A stretch of DNA of 64,000 nt from the NCBI GenBank assembly GCA_036563505.1, contig DATCMH010000021.1, forward strand, positions 2,895-66,894. The letters run 5' to 3'. The translations under genes and the position numbers were made by a program. The notes below the pieces were generated by a model. It was not told the origin of the DNA and did no database searches. It saw nothing but the letters and a program-made list of their open reading frames with translations. The DNA is from Beijerinckiaceae bacterium (GTDB lineage Bacteria; Pseudomonadota; Alphaproteobacteria; Rhizobiales; Beijerinckiaceae). Positions 10,415-19,101 of the stretch are shown one piece after another (positions within the stretch are counted from its first letter, which is position 1; every line of letters starts with the position of its first letter).

Positions 10415-10866
10415 CGCCGACGATCCGCATCCAGGCGGACGATTTCTCCGCTGCCGACGAGATCGCGGCGCTCGGGCAAGGCCGCGCCGATATCGGCGCC
10501 GTCGTGACCTTCACCGGACTATGCCGCGACGAGGGCGGCCGCTTGGCGGCCCTTGAGCTCGAGCATTATCCCGGCATGGCGGAAGCCGAGCTCGGCCGCG
10601 TCGCCGACGAGGCCGCCCGGCGGTGGCCGCTCCACGGCCTCACCGTGATCCACCGCTACGGGCGCATTCCGCCGGGGGCCAACATCGTGCTGGTCGCGAC
10701 GGCCTCCGCCCACCGCATCGCCGCCTTTGAGGCGGCCTCGTTCCTGATGGATTACCTCAAGACCCGTGCCCCGTTCTGGAAGCGCGAGCACCTAGCCGAC
10801 GGCACGGTGGGCGGCTGGGTCGCGGCGACCGCAGCGGATGATGAGCGGGCGGCAGGGTGGGGGTAG
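10411..10866 (+). CDS. moaE: Molybdopterin synthase catalytic subunit MoaE
   Basis: 151-aa ORF of the MoaE family (GAVVTFTG..R, LEHYPGMAE, FWKRE). ATGA overlap with moaD. Confidence 0.9.
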   Translation: MTPTIRIQADDFSAADEIAALGQGRADIGAVVTFTGLCRDEGGRLAALELEHYPGMAEAELGRVADEAARRWPLHGLTVIHRYGRIPPGANIVLVATASAHRIAAFEAASFLMDYLKTRAPFWKREHLADGTVGGWVAATAADDERAAGWG

Positions 10867-10887
10867 AGGGGCCGCTAAACGGCACCG

Positions 10888-11444
10888 CTCATCCCCTCTC
10901 CCCTTGAGGGAGAGGGTGGCCCCGCGTCAGCGGGGTCAGGAGAGGGGTGCGCTGCGCCAGCAGCGCCCGGCCGCAAGGCCGAACAGGGTCTCTCCGTCCC
11001 ACCTCCGTCATGGCCGGGCTCGACCCGGCCATCTCGGTCCCCAGCACCCGAGCCTTCGCGCTGAGGTTCGTGGGTCAAGCCCGCGAACGACAGGGGGTGT
11101 GTTGAGCCGTTTGGGTCTTATGCCCCACTCCCCCTCACCCTCGCTCGCGTTACTCGCTTGCTTCGCCTGCCGGTGCGCAGGCGAAGCCCTCTCCCCGCAC
11201 AGCGGGGAGAGGAGACGGCGCCCGAGCCTTGAGCCATGTTCGTCGTGATCAGAAGCGGCGGTGCGCGCGTCTCCTCGCCCCGCTTGCGGGGAGAGGGTCG
11301 CGTCGGCGCACCGGCCGACGCGACGAGCGGAACGCAGTGGAGCGGGGGTGAGGGGGTGCTCTCCGAAGAGGCCCGGGCTTACGCCCAGCACCCCCTCATC
11401 CGCCTGCCTGCGGCAGGCACCTTCTCCCACGAGGGGAGAAGGTT
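10888..11444. repeat. Cluster of nested GC-rich palindromic (REP-like) units filling the moaE-purC spacer
   Basis: Hairpins ccctctcccc-ttga-gggagaggg, atggccgggctcgacccggccat, gttcgtgggtcaagcccgcgaac, ccctctccccgcacagcggggagagg and ccttctcccacgaggggagaagg. Units recur at 14560-14840, 20434-20735 and 31135-31189. Confidence 0.85.
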
Positions 11445-11445
11445 C

Positions 11446-12210
11446 TCACTGCACCAACCTCGGCCCGCCGGCCTGGGGTTTCTCGTTCTCGCCCAGGATG
11501 CCCAACCGCCGGGCGACTTCCGAGTAGGCCTCGATCAGCCCGCCAAGGTCGCGGCGGAAGCGGTCCTTGTCGAGCTTGTCCTGGCTCTTGATGTCCCAGA
11601 GCCGGCAGGAATCGGGGGAGATCTCGTCGGCGACGACGATGCGCATCAGGTCGCCTTCCCACAGGCGCCCCGTCTCCATCTTGAAGTCGACGAGGCGGAT
11701 GCCGACGCCGAGGAAGAGGCCCGACAGGAAGTCGTTGACCCGGATGGCCAGCGCCATGATGTCGTCGATCTCCTGTGGCGTCGCCCAGCCGAAGGCCGTG
11801 ACGTGCTCCTCCGAGACCATCGGATCATTCAGCGCATCGTTCTTGTAGTAGAACTCGATGATCGAGCGCGGAAGCTGGGTGCCCTCCTCGAGCCCGAGCC
11901 GGGTCGCGAGGGACCCCGCGGCGACGTTGCGCACCACCACCTCGAGGGGGATGATCTCCACCTCGCGGATGAGCTGCTCGCGCATGTTGAGCCGCCGGAT
12001 GAAATGCGTCGGCACGCCGATGTCGTTGAGGTGCTGGAAGACGAATTCGGAGATCCGGTTGTTCAGCACGCCCTTGCCGTCGATGACTTCGTGCTTCTTG
12101 GCGTTGAACGCGGTCGCGTCGTCCTTGAAGTGCTGGATCAGCGTTCCCGGCTCCGGCCCCTCGTAAAGGACCTTCGCCTTGCCCTCGTAGATGCGACGGC
12201 GGCGATTCAT
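11446..12210 (-). CDS. purC: Phosphoribosylaminoimidazole-succinocarboxamide synthase
   Basis: SAICAR synthase N-terminus [15 protein letters not shown]; 254 aa from internal ATG 12210. Confidence 0.94.
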   Translation of the reverse strand: MNRRRRIYEGKAKVLYEGPEPGTLIQHFKDDATAFNAKKHEVIDGKGVLNNRISEFVFQHLNDIGVPTHFIRRLNMREQLIREVEIIPLEVVVRNVAAGSLATRLGLEEGTQLPRSIIEFYYKNDALNDPMVSEEHVTAFGWATPQEIDDIMALAIRVNDFLSGLFLGVGIRLVDFKMETGRLWEGDLMRIVVADEISPDSCRLWDIKSQDKLDKDRFRRDLGGLIEAYSEVARRLGILGENEKPQAGGPRLVQ

Positions 12211-12568
12211 CGGCGTGTACCGTGGTTTGAGGAAATCCATGAAGGGCCGAGGCTCCTAAGCTTGGCAGCGATAGATCCGCGGCAGGCACGGCAGATGGGC
12301 CGAGCGTTCCTTGAACGACCGGCCGTCCGCGCGCGGGCAACCTAGCCGATCGGCCAGGGCAGCACAACGCACGCGGGCGGCGATCCACCTCCGAAGTGAC
12401 GCGGCGCGTCTTAGCCCCTCGAAAGCGTCGAATCCATGACACCTCGGGACGCACCGGCGACCGGCTCGCCGGAACGCGCCCTAGCTTGACCCGTGCTCAA
12501 CCCCTGGCGCCGCCGGACGGCGCTTCCTATACAAGCCTTGCCACAACAACAGGGGATCCTCACCGACC

Positions 12569-12892
12569 ATGGCCACCTTCGACGACCGCAAGGACGCCTT
12601 CGAGCGCAAGTTCGCCCACGACGAGGAACTGCGCTTCAAGGCCACCGCCCGTCGCAACAAGCTCCTCGGGCTCTGGGCCGCCGAGAAGCTCGGCAAGTCC
12701 GGCGCGGAGGCGGACACCTACGCCAAGAGCGTCGTCATGGCCGATTTCGAGGAGGCCGGGGACGACGACGTTCTACGCAAGGTCTCGGGCGACCTGCAGG
12801 CGGGCGGCGTCACGGTGAGCGAGGCGGAACTGCGCCGCTCCATGCTCGACCTCATGGACAAGGCGGTCGCGGAGGTGCAAGCCGGGCGCTGA
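12569..12892 (+). CDS. DUF1476 protein, F1-ATPase inhibitor zeta-subunit family
   Basis: MATFDDRKDAFERKFAHDEELRFKATARRNKLLGLWAAEKLG closely resembles the N-terminal inhibitory region of the Paracoccus zeta subunit family. Confidence 0.85.
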   Translation: MATFDDRKDAFERKFAHDEELRFKATARRNKLLGLWAAEKLGKSGAEADTYAKSVVMADFEEAGDDDVLRKVSGDLQAGGVTVSEAELRRSMLDLMDKAVAEVQAGR

Positions 12893-12944
12893 GGTCCGGC
12901 GGGCGCGTCGGGCCCTCCCGCCGCGCCTCGCCCCAGGAGCCCCG

Positions 12945-13712
12945 ATGTCCTCCGTCTCGTCCCTCGTCGAACGCCTGCGCGCCGGCCCGGTCTACTCGGC
13001 CTGGTGCGGCCTGCCCGACCCTTCCGTCGCCGGGCTCCTGGCGCGGGAGGGCTTCGACGCCGTGACGCTCGACATGCAGCACGGGGCCATCGATCTGTCC
13101 GAGGTCACGGCGGCGATCCTGCTCGTCGCCGCGGCGGGCAAGCCGGCGATCGCCCGCCTCCCGGTCGGCGCCTTCCCCACGGCCTCGCGTCTCCTCGACG
13201 CCGGAGCCGCGGCGATCATCGCGCCGATGGTCAACACGGTCGAGGACGCCAAGCTCTTCGCGGGACTGACCAAGTACCCGCCGATGGGCGAGCGGAGCTG
13301 GGGACCGCACGGGGCCATCGCGCTCACAGGCCTCGGCTTCCCTGAGTATTTCAAGGCCGCCAACGGTTTCTCCCTGGCGCTTGCCATGATCGAGACGCGG
13401 GAGGCGCTCGGCCTTATCGATGATATCCTGGCAGTCGACGGCCTCGACGGCGTGTTCCTCGGGCCGTCCGACCTCTCCATCGCCCTCTCGAACGGCACGA
13501 GTCTCGACCCGAACGGGGCGGAGGTCGACCGGGCGCTCGACCACGCGCTGGCCCGCGCCAAGGCCGCGGGCAAGTTCGCCGGCGCCTACGCCGCCACGGG
13601 CGAGCGGGCGGGGGCGCTCGCCAAGCGCGGTTTCCAGCTCCTCACCATCGGCAGCGATTCCGGCATGCTGCGCGCGGGCGCCCAGGCCGCGCTGGCGGCG
13701 GCGCGGGGGTAG
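12945..13712 (+). CDS. HpcH/HpaI family aldolase (2-keto-3-deoxy-acid aldolase/citrate-lyase beta-like)
   Basis: 255-aa ORF with TLDMQHG, MIETREAL and FLGPSDLS motifs typical of HpcH/HpaI class II aldolases. Confidence 0.85.
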   Translation: MSSVSSLVERLRAGPVYSAWCGLPDPSVAGLLAREGFDAVTLDMQHGAIDLSEVTAAILLVAAAGKPAIARLPVGAFPTASRLLDAGAAAIIAPMVNTVEDAKLFAGLTKYPPMGERSWGPHGAIALTGLGFPEYFKAANGFSLALAMIETREALGLIDDILAVDGLDGVFLGPSDLSIALSNGTSLDPNGAEVDRALDHALARAKAAGKFAGAYAATGERAGALAKRGFQLLTIGSDSGMLRAGAQAALAAARG

Positions 13713-13739
13713 CCACTTGCCAGCGACTGCTCGCACCTC

Positions 13740-13756
13740 CCTCCCCTGAGGGGAGG
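13740..13756. terminator. Hairpin between convergent genes (possible bidirectional terminator, REP-type)
   Basis: CCTCCCC-TGA-GGGGAGG stem-loop between the aldolase stop (13712) and the hydrolase stop (13781). No clear U-tract. Confidence 0.35.
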
Positions 13757-13780
13757 AAGATGCATCGGGGTCGTTGAGGC

Positions 13781-14458
13781 CTAACCCGGATGCGGCAGCC
13801 CGAAGGCGCGGCGCAGGAAGAGGCCGCCGTGGCGCAGGGCCGCCTGGTCGATGCCGTGCGCGACGCCGGCCGAGAGGTGCCACTCGACGGGCGTCTCCGT
13901 GGCGCCGAGCGCGTCGCAGGATAGGAAGAGCGCGTCGACGGGGATGACGTCGTCCTGGTCGCCGTGGACGAGGAGGATCGGCGGCCGGGCCTTGATCTGC
14001 GGCGCGTACGCATCCGGCCCTTTGCCTTCCTCCATCACCAGCATGCCGGAGAAGCCGACGACGGCCGCGGGCGCCGCCGCGCGGCGCAGTCCGACATGGA
14101 GCGCCATCATCGTGCCCTGGCTGAAGCCCACGAGGGCGAGCTTGGTCGACGGGAGCCCTTGTGCCGCAAGTTCCTGGTCGAGGAAGGCATCGAGGCCCGG
14201 ACCGGCATGGTTGACGCCGCGCCAACGCTCGTGCGGGTCGCGGAAGGTCAGCGAAAACCACTGCCGCCCGCCTCCGCCCATGGCGCAGAGCTCGGGCGCG
14301 TGGGGCGCCACGAAGACGGCGTCCGGCAGCCATTGCCGCCACTGCCGCCCGATCTCGATGAGGTCGTTCCCGTCCGCGCCGTAGCCGTGCAGGAACACCA
14401 CGAGCTGCTTCGCCGTGCCCGAGGCCGGCGCGAGGCGAGGGCCGTTGATGGCCGCCAT
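13781..14458 (-). CDS. Alpha/beta hydrolase, phospholipase/carboxylesterase family
   Basis: 225 aa with nucleophile elbow GFSQG and HG..D..V / H catalytic pattern (LVHGDQDDVIP ... VAHGI). Confidence 0.85.
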   Translation of the reverse strand: MAAINGPRLAPASGTAKQLVVFLHGYGADGNDLIEIGRQWRQWLPDAVFVAPHAPELCAMGGGGRQWFSLTFRDPHERWRGVNHAGPGLDAFLDQELAAQGLPSTKLALVGFSQGTMMALHVGLRRAAAPAAVVGFSGMLVMEEGKGPDAYAPQIKARPPILLVHGDQDDVIPVDALFLSCDALGATETPVEWHLSAGVAHGIDQAALRHGGLFLRRAFGLPHPG

Positions 14459-14559
14459 GGATCAAGGGTCCTTGCTGATTGCGATGGCCGGCACTTGGCG
14501 GAGGGGAGGGCGGGGGTCAAGGGCTGGGGGCTGACACGGATAGATGCTGATCGGCTGGC

Positions 14560-14840
14560 GCCGAGCGCTGCTGACGCAGCGCCCCCTCACCCGGCCGGCT
14601 CACGCCGGCCACCCTCTCCCGCAGAGGGGAGAGGGTTACGCGCGCCACCTTCTCCCCTCCGAGGGAGAAGGTGCCCTCCGACAGGAGGGCGGATGAGGGG
14701 GGCTGGGCGTAGACCCGAGCGCTTCAGAACACCTACCCCTGTCGTTCGCGGACTCGACCCGCGAACCTCGACGTGAAGGCCCGAGTGCGAGCAACTGAGA
14801 TGGCCGGGTCAAGCCCGGCCATGAGAAGGGTGGGGTGGAA
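14560..14840. repeat. Cluster of palindromic repeat units (families shared with 10888-11444 and 20434-20735)
   Basis: Contains ccaccctctcccgcagaggggagagggt, ccaccttctcccctccgagggagaaggtgcc, then the ~110-bp unit gtcgttcgcggactcgacccgcgaac ... gatggccgggtcaagccccggccatga-type. Confidence 0.85.
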
Positions 14841-14851
14841 AGGCCGCGCTC

Positions 14852-15490
14852 TCACCCCACCACCCCCTCGCGCTGTTTCGCGATGCGGTAATAGGCCCAC
14901 AACACTTTGGCGGCCGCCCCACGCCAGGGGCGCCAGCGCTCGGCCATCCCTTCCAGCGCCTTCGCCGTCGGGCGGGCGTCGAGCGCGTAAGCGAGGCGGG
15001 CGGCCTCTTGCACCGCGAGGTCGCCTGCCGGAAAAGCGTCTGGATGGCCGAGGCAGAACAACAGGTAGATGTCCGCCGTCCAGGGTCCGATGCCCTTGAC
15101 GGCGGTGAGCGCCGCATGGGCCTCGTCGGCCGGCCGGTCGGCGAGCGCGTCGAGCGCCAGCGTTCCGCTGACAATCGCCTCGGAGAGCGCCCGCAAGGTC
15201 CGGATCTTCGGTGCCGAGAGCCCGGCGCTCTTCAGGAGCGCGGCGTCCGCCCCCGCGACGGTCTCGGCGGTCACGGACCCGAGGCGCGCCTGCACCCGCG
15301 CCCAGATCGCGGCGGCGCTCGCCACGGAGACTTGCTGACCCACCACGATCCACGCCAGAGCCGCGAAACCGGGCTCGCGCTTGCGCAGGGCCGGGCGGGC
15401 GCCCTGCGCGACGAGGCGCCCCATCACGGGATCGGCCGCCCCGAGCTCCGCGAGCGCCCGCTCCATCGCCGCGTCCGAGTCGAGCCTCAT
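14852..15490 (-). CDS. DNA-3-methyladenine glycosylase II-like HhH-GPD base-excision protein
   Basis: From internal ATG 15490 (MRLDSDAAMERAL...). HhH-GPD hallmark LTAVKGIGPWTADIYLLF...GD. The upstream part of ORF 14852..15667 overlaps gluQ and is rejected. Confidence 0.82.
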   Translation of the reverse strand: MRLDSDAAMERALAELGAADPVMGRLVAQGARPALRKREPGFAALAWIVVGQQVSVASAAAIWARVQARLGSVTAETVAGADAALLKSAGLSAPKIRTLRALSEAIVSGTLALDALADRPADEAHAALTAVKGIGPWTADIYLLFCLGHPDAFPAGDLAVQEAARLAYALDARPTAKALEGMAERWRPWRGAAAKVLWAYYRIAKQREGVVG

Positions 15491-16427
15491 GCAGCGCCCT
15501 CCTTCCGGACGCGGTGATCGGCGATCGCCGGCACCGACGCAACCGGCCCTCCGCTTCGCCCCGAGCCCGAACGGGCACCTCCATCTCGGGCACGCCGCCT
15601 CGGCGCTGCTCAACGCGACGCTGGCCGCGCGGCTCAACGGCTGTTTCCTGCTCCGGATCGAGGACATCGACCTCGCCCGCTGCCGCCCCGTATTCGTGGA
15701 CGCGATCGTCGAGGACCTCGCCTGGCTCGGTCTCGCCTGGGAGGAGCCGGTGCGGCGCCAATCCGAGCGCTTTCCCGCCTACCGCGCCGCGGCCGAGCCC
15801 CTCGTCGCGCAAAATCTTCTCTATCCCTGCTTCTGTAGCCGGACCGACATCGCCCGCGCCGTTGCCGAGGAGGAAGCCCGCACTGGCCGAACAGCCCCAC
15901 GCGACCCGGATGGGGCGCCACTCTACCCGGGCACCTGCCGAGGCTTCTCGCCGGCCGAAGCCCGCGCGCGGCTGGCGCGGGAGCCACACGCCTGGCGCCT
16001 CGACGGCGCCGGCGCCCGCGCGGCAGCCGGGCCCAGCTTGGCCTATGCGCGCTTCACGATCGACGGCGCGGAAGAGGCCGTGCCGGCCTCCCCCGAGCGC
16101 TGGGGGGACGCCGTGATCCTGCGCAAGGAGGTGCCGGCGAGCTACCATCTCGCGGTCGTCGTCGACGATGCCGATCAGGGGATCACCCACGTCGTGCGCG
16201 GCGCCGATCTCGAAGCGGCGACGGACCTCCACGTCCTGCTCCAGCGCCTCATGAGGCTGCCGACGCCGCGCTACCACCACCACCCCCTTATCCGTGACGA
16301 GGCCGGCGCCAAGCTCGCGAAAAGCGCGGGATCGCCGTCGCTGCGCTCCCTGCGGGAGGCCGGGATCGGGCCGGACGAGGTGTGGGCCCGCGTCGCGGCG
16401 GCGCTCGGCGTGACGCTCCTCGCCTGA
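15489..16427 (+). CDS. gluQ: tRNA glutamyl-Q(34) synthetase (truncated GluRS paralog)
   Basis: RFAPSPNGHLHLGH (HIGH motif), class-I catalytic core and no anticodon-binding domain (312 aa). No in-frame start exists downstream of ATG 15489 before the HIGH motif. Confidence 0.88.
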   Translation: MQRPPSGRGDRRSPAPTQPALRFAPSPNGHLHLGHAASALLNATLAARLNGCFLLRIEDIDLARCRPVFVDAIVEDLAWLGLAWEEPVRRQSERFPAYRAAAEPLVAQNLLYPCFCSRTDIARAVAEEEARTGRTAPRDPDGAPLYPGTCRGFSPAEARARLAREPHAWRLDGAGARAAAGPSLAYARFTIDGAEEAVPASPERWGDAVILRKEVPASYHLAVVVDDADQGITHVVRGADLEAATDLHVLLQRLMRLPTPRYHHHPLIRDEAGAKLAKSAGSPSLRSLREAGIGPDEVWARVAAALGVTLLA

Positions 16428-16569
16428 GGCGCGTTCAGGCAAGCCGCCCCAGCGCGAGCCGGCCGGCGGCGCCGTTAACCGCATCTTAAGGATCCCGGCG
16501 CCGGCCGTTGAGGGCCCGGCGTTGTGGCCATAGAGGTGATCACACAGATCCGGTCGGAGGTTGCGGACC

Positions 16570-16728
16570 ATGACGACAGGCTTGGACACCGTCGAGACGC
16601 AGCAGACGAGGCCGGAGCGGCCGCGGGCCAACTGGCTCGATGTGCTGACCTTCGTCTCCTACGGATCGGCCCTGCTCACCTCCGCCGTGTGGACGACGGT
16701 GGCGCTGCTGCAGGCGTTCCACAGCTGA
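16570..16728 (+). CDS. Possible 52-aa single-pass membrane protein
   Basis: ATG preceded by GGAGG (16556-16560). High GC3. One hydrophobic helix (WLDVLTFVSYGSALLTSAVWTTVALLQAF). Below the ORF-track size cut-off. Confidence 0.4.
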   Translation: MTTGLDTVETQQTRPERPRANWLDVLTFVSYGSALLTSAVWTTVALLQAFHS

Positions 16729-16783
16729 GGCGAATCCGAGTTCCCGCGATGCCGGGCCGCGGCCCTGATCCGGCCGCGACGCC

Positions 16784-18046
16784 TCAGGCGTAGCGCGCGA
16801 TGGTCAGCCCGGCGACGTCGATCTCAGGGCGCGCGCCGGTCACGAGATCGGCAACGATCTTGGCCGAGCCTAAGCTCATCGCCCACCCCGTCGAGCCGTG
16901 GCCGAGGTTGAGAAAGAGGCCCGGCACGGCGGTCGGACCAAGGATCGGCGGGCCATCCGGCGTCATCGGCCGGGCGCCGACCCAAGGGGTAATGGTCCCC
17001 GTGTCGACGCCGCGCGGAAACCAGTCCCGCACAACCTTGAGCAAGGTCTCGACGGGTTTCTGGCGCGGCGTGAGCGCGCGGGAACCGAGCTCCGCCGTTC
17101 CCGCTACCCGCACCCGGTCGCCCAGGCGCGTGATCGCGACCTTGTAGGCCTCGTCCATGAGGGCGGCCCGCGGCGCCGCCGCGTCGTCCCGCACGGGCAA
17201 GGTGATGGAGTAGCCCTTCACCGGGTAGATCGGCACGTCGATGCCGAGGGGGGCGAGAAGGGCCGCGCTCTCGGGCCCGAGCGCCACGACGACCGCGTCG
17301 CAGGCGAGGATTTCGGGGCCGTCCGGCCCGGCGAGGCGCAAGCCCGTGATGCGTCCGCCCTCGAGTGTAAGGCTCGTGACGACCGTCCCGAAGCGGGTCG
17401 CGATGCCGGCTTGTCGGAAGCGGTGGCTCAAGGCCCGAGCGAAGGCGGCGCAGTCTCCGGCCTCGTCCTCAGGCAGGTGGAGCCCGCCGACGGGCCGAGC
17501 CGCGGCGCCCGCGAGCCCCGGCTCGATGTCCAGGCACGTCGCCGGATCGACGAGGCGATGCGGCACGCCGAGTTCGCGCAGCAACCCCAGCGCGGGCTCG
17601 GCCAGGGCCCGCTCCTTCTCCGTGCGGAAAAGCTGCAGGTAGCCCTCGCTACGGTCGTAGGCAATGCCGAGCTCGTCGCGCGCCGCCCGCAGGCGCTCGC
17701 GGGAGTAGAAGGCGAGCCGCTGCATGCGCGGCTTGTTGATCCGGAAGCGCTCCGCCGCGCACTCGCCGAGCCAGCGCGCGATCCAGCGCCAGAGCGCTGG
17801 ATCGAGGTTCGGCCGGAAGACCACGGGACCCGTCGGCGCGAGCAGGGTGCGCAAGACTTTGCTCGGCATGCCCGGCGCGGCCCAGGGCGTGACGTAGCCG
17901 GGTGCCACGACGCCCGCGTTGCCGGCGCTGGTCTCGAGCGCCACGCCCTCGCGGCGCTCAACGAGGGTCACCTCGGCCCCTGCCCGCGCCAGCTCATGGG
18001 CGGTGGTGACGCCGATGATTCCGGCCCCGAGCACGGCGACGCGCAT
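16784..18046 (-). CDS. dadA: FAD-dependent oxidoreductase, D-amino-acid dehydrogenase (DadA)-like
   Basis: 420 aa with N-terminal MRVAVLGAGIIGVTTAHELA dinucleotide fold and DAO-family length and C-terminus (LNLGHGSTGW). Confidence 0.82.
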   Translation of the reverse strand: MRVAVLGAGIIGVTTAHELARAGAEVTLVERREGVALETSAGNAGVVAPGYVTPWAAPGMPSKVLRTLLAPTGPVVFRPNLDPALWRWIARWLGECAAERFRINKPRMQRLAFYSRERLRAARDELGIAYDRSEGYLQLFRTEKERALAEPALGLLRELGVPHRLVDPATCLDIEPGLAGAAARPVGGLHLPEDEAGDCAAFARALSHRFRQAGIATRFGTVVTSLTLEGGRITGLRLAGPDGPEILACDAVVVALGPESAALLAPLGIDVPIYPVKGYSITLPVRDDAAAPRAALMDEAYKVAITRLGDRVRVAGTAELGSRALTPRQKPVETLLKVVRDWFPRGVDTGTITPWVGARPMTPDGPPILGPTAVPGLFLNLGHGSTGWAMSLGSAKIVADLVTGARPEIDVAGLTIARYA

Positions 18047-18190
18047 GCTGATCCCTCACGCTCCTGCGGCGAACGCCTCCTCCATAGCGGGCCCGGTGGC
18101 GGCGCGACAGGTCCGGCCTCTTCCCTTCCGGGCCGGGGACGACCATGATCCGCCCGCCCACCGACAAGAGCGGGTTCGACGAGGAAACGC

Positions 18191-19075
18191 ATGATCAAAC
18201 CCTTGAGGCGCCGCAGCTTCGCGGCGCTCTGCGCCGATCCCGAGCCCCTGCTGCTGCCTTGCGCCCATGATGCGCTCTCGGCCCGGCTGATCGAGCGGGC
18301 GGGGTTCAAGGCCTATTCCGTCGGCGGCTTCTCGCTGGTGGGCTCGCGCTACGGGTTGCCGGATGTCGGGCTCGTGGGTCTCGGCGAGATGTCGGCCGGC
18401 ATCCGCGACATTTCGAGCGCGACGGACCTCCCCGTGATGGTGGACGGGGATCACGGCTACGGCGACGCCAAGAACGTCGCGCGCACCATCCGCACCTACG
18501 AGGGCATGGGAGCGGCCGCGATCTTCATCGAGGACCAGGTCGCGCCCAAGCGCTGCGGCCACATGGCGGGCAAGGACGTCGTGCCACCCGCCATCATGGA
18601 AGAGAAGATCCGCGCCGCCAGCGCCGCGCGCCAGAACGCGGACACCTTCCTCCTCGCCCGCACCGATGCCCGAGCGATCCACGGCCTCGACGATGCGATG
18701 CGCCGGGCCGAGCGCTACCTGAAAGCCGGCGCCGACGGCATCTTCATCGAGGCGCCCGAGAGCCTCGAGGAAATGGAGCGGATCGGCCGCGCCTTCCAGG
18801 GCGTGCCCCAGCTCGCCAACATGCTGGAGGACGGGCGCACGCCGCTCCTGCCGCCGGCCGACCTCAAGGCCATGGGCTTCGCCATGATCGCCTATCCGAC
18901 GACGCTGATCTTCCGCGTCGTGCGCACGGTGGAGAAGGCCCTTGCCGACCTTGCCGCAGGGACACTCTCGCTGCCCGGCGAGGGCGTGGACTTCGCGACC
19001 TTTAAGGCGATCACCGGCTTCGAGGATTGGGCGCATTGGGAAAAGGTCGGCGCCGGACGCAGCGACGCGGCCTGA
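18191..19075 (+). CDS. Isocitrate lyase/PEP mutase family protein
   Basis: 294 aa with DGDHGYG and EDQVAPKRCGH catalytic-loop motifs of the ICL/PEPM superfamily. Confidence 0.85.
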   Translation: MIKPLRRRSFAALCADPEPLLLPCAHDALSARLIERAGFKAYSVGGFSLVGSRYGLPDVGLVGLGEMSAGIRDISSATDLPVMVDGDHGYGDAKNVARTIRTYEGMGAAAIFIEDQVAPKRCGHMAGKDVVPPAIMEEKIRAASAARQNADTFLLARTDARAIHGLDDAMRRAERYLKAGADGIFIEAPESLEEMERIGRAFQGVPQLANMLEDGRTPLLPPADLKAMGFAMIAYPTTLIFRVVRTVEKALADLAAGTLSLPGEGVDFATFKAITGFEDWAHWEKVGAGRSDAA

Positions 19076-19101
19076 GGGCTGTCATCAGGAGGGAGGACGC
19101 C

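Noticed and set aside
10838-11430. ORFs inside repeat clusters (10838..11248, 11008..11430, 14773..15099, 20392..20796, 20482..21213)
   Set aside because: They are read-throughs of palindromic repeat DNA. The same peptides arise wherever the repeat occurs, in both orientations. No SDs and no domain content.
10888-11444. Repeat clusters considered as possible CRISPR arrays (also 14560-14840, 20434-20735)
   Set aside because: The units are heterogeneous, occur in both orientations, and lack the regular repeat-spacer periodicity. No cas genes are present. They behave like REP/MITE-type elements.
12211-12568. ZTP (pfl) or other purine riboswitch upstream of purC
   Set aside because: Read on the minus strand, the region lacks the conserved GGGUCGUGAC...CCGCCUGGGC-type cores. 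It shows only generic GC-rich sequence.
12852-16631. Large minus-strand ORFs 12852..14465 (537 aa) and 14733..16631 (632 aa)
   Set aside because: Both overlap well-supported genes (aldolase, hydrolase, glycosylase, gluQ) in other frames or strands and also run through repeat clusters. The products are Arg/Pro/Gly-rich.
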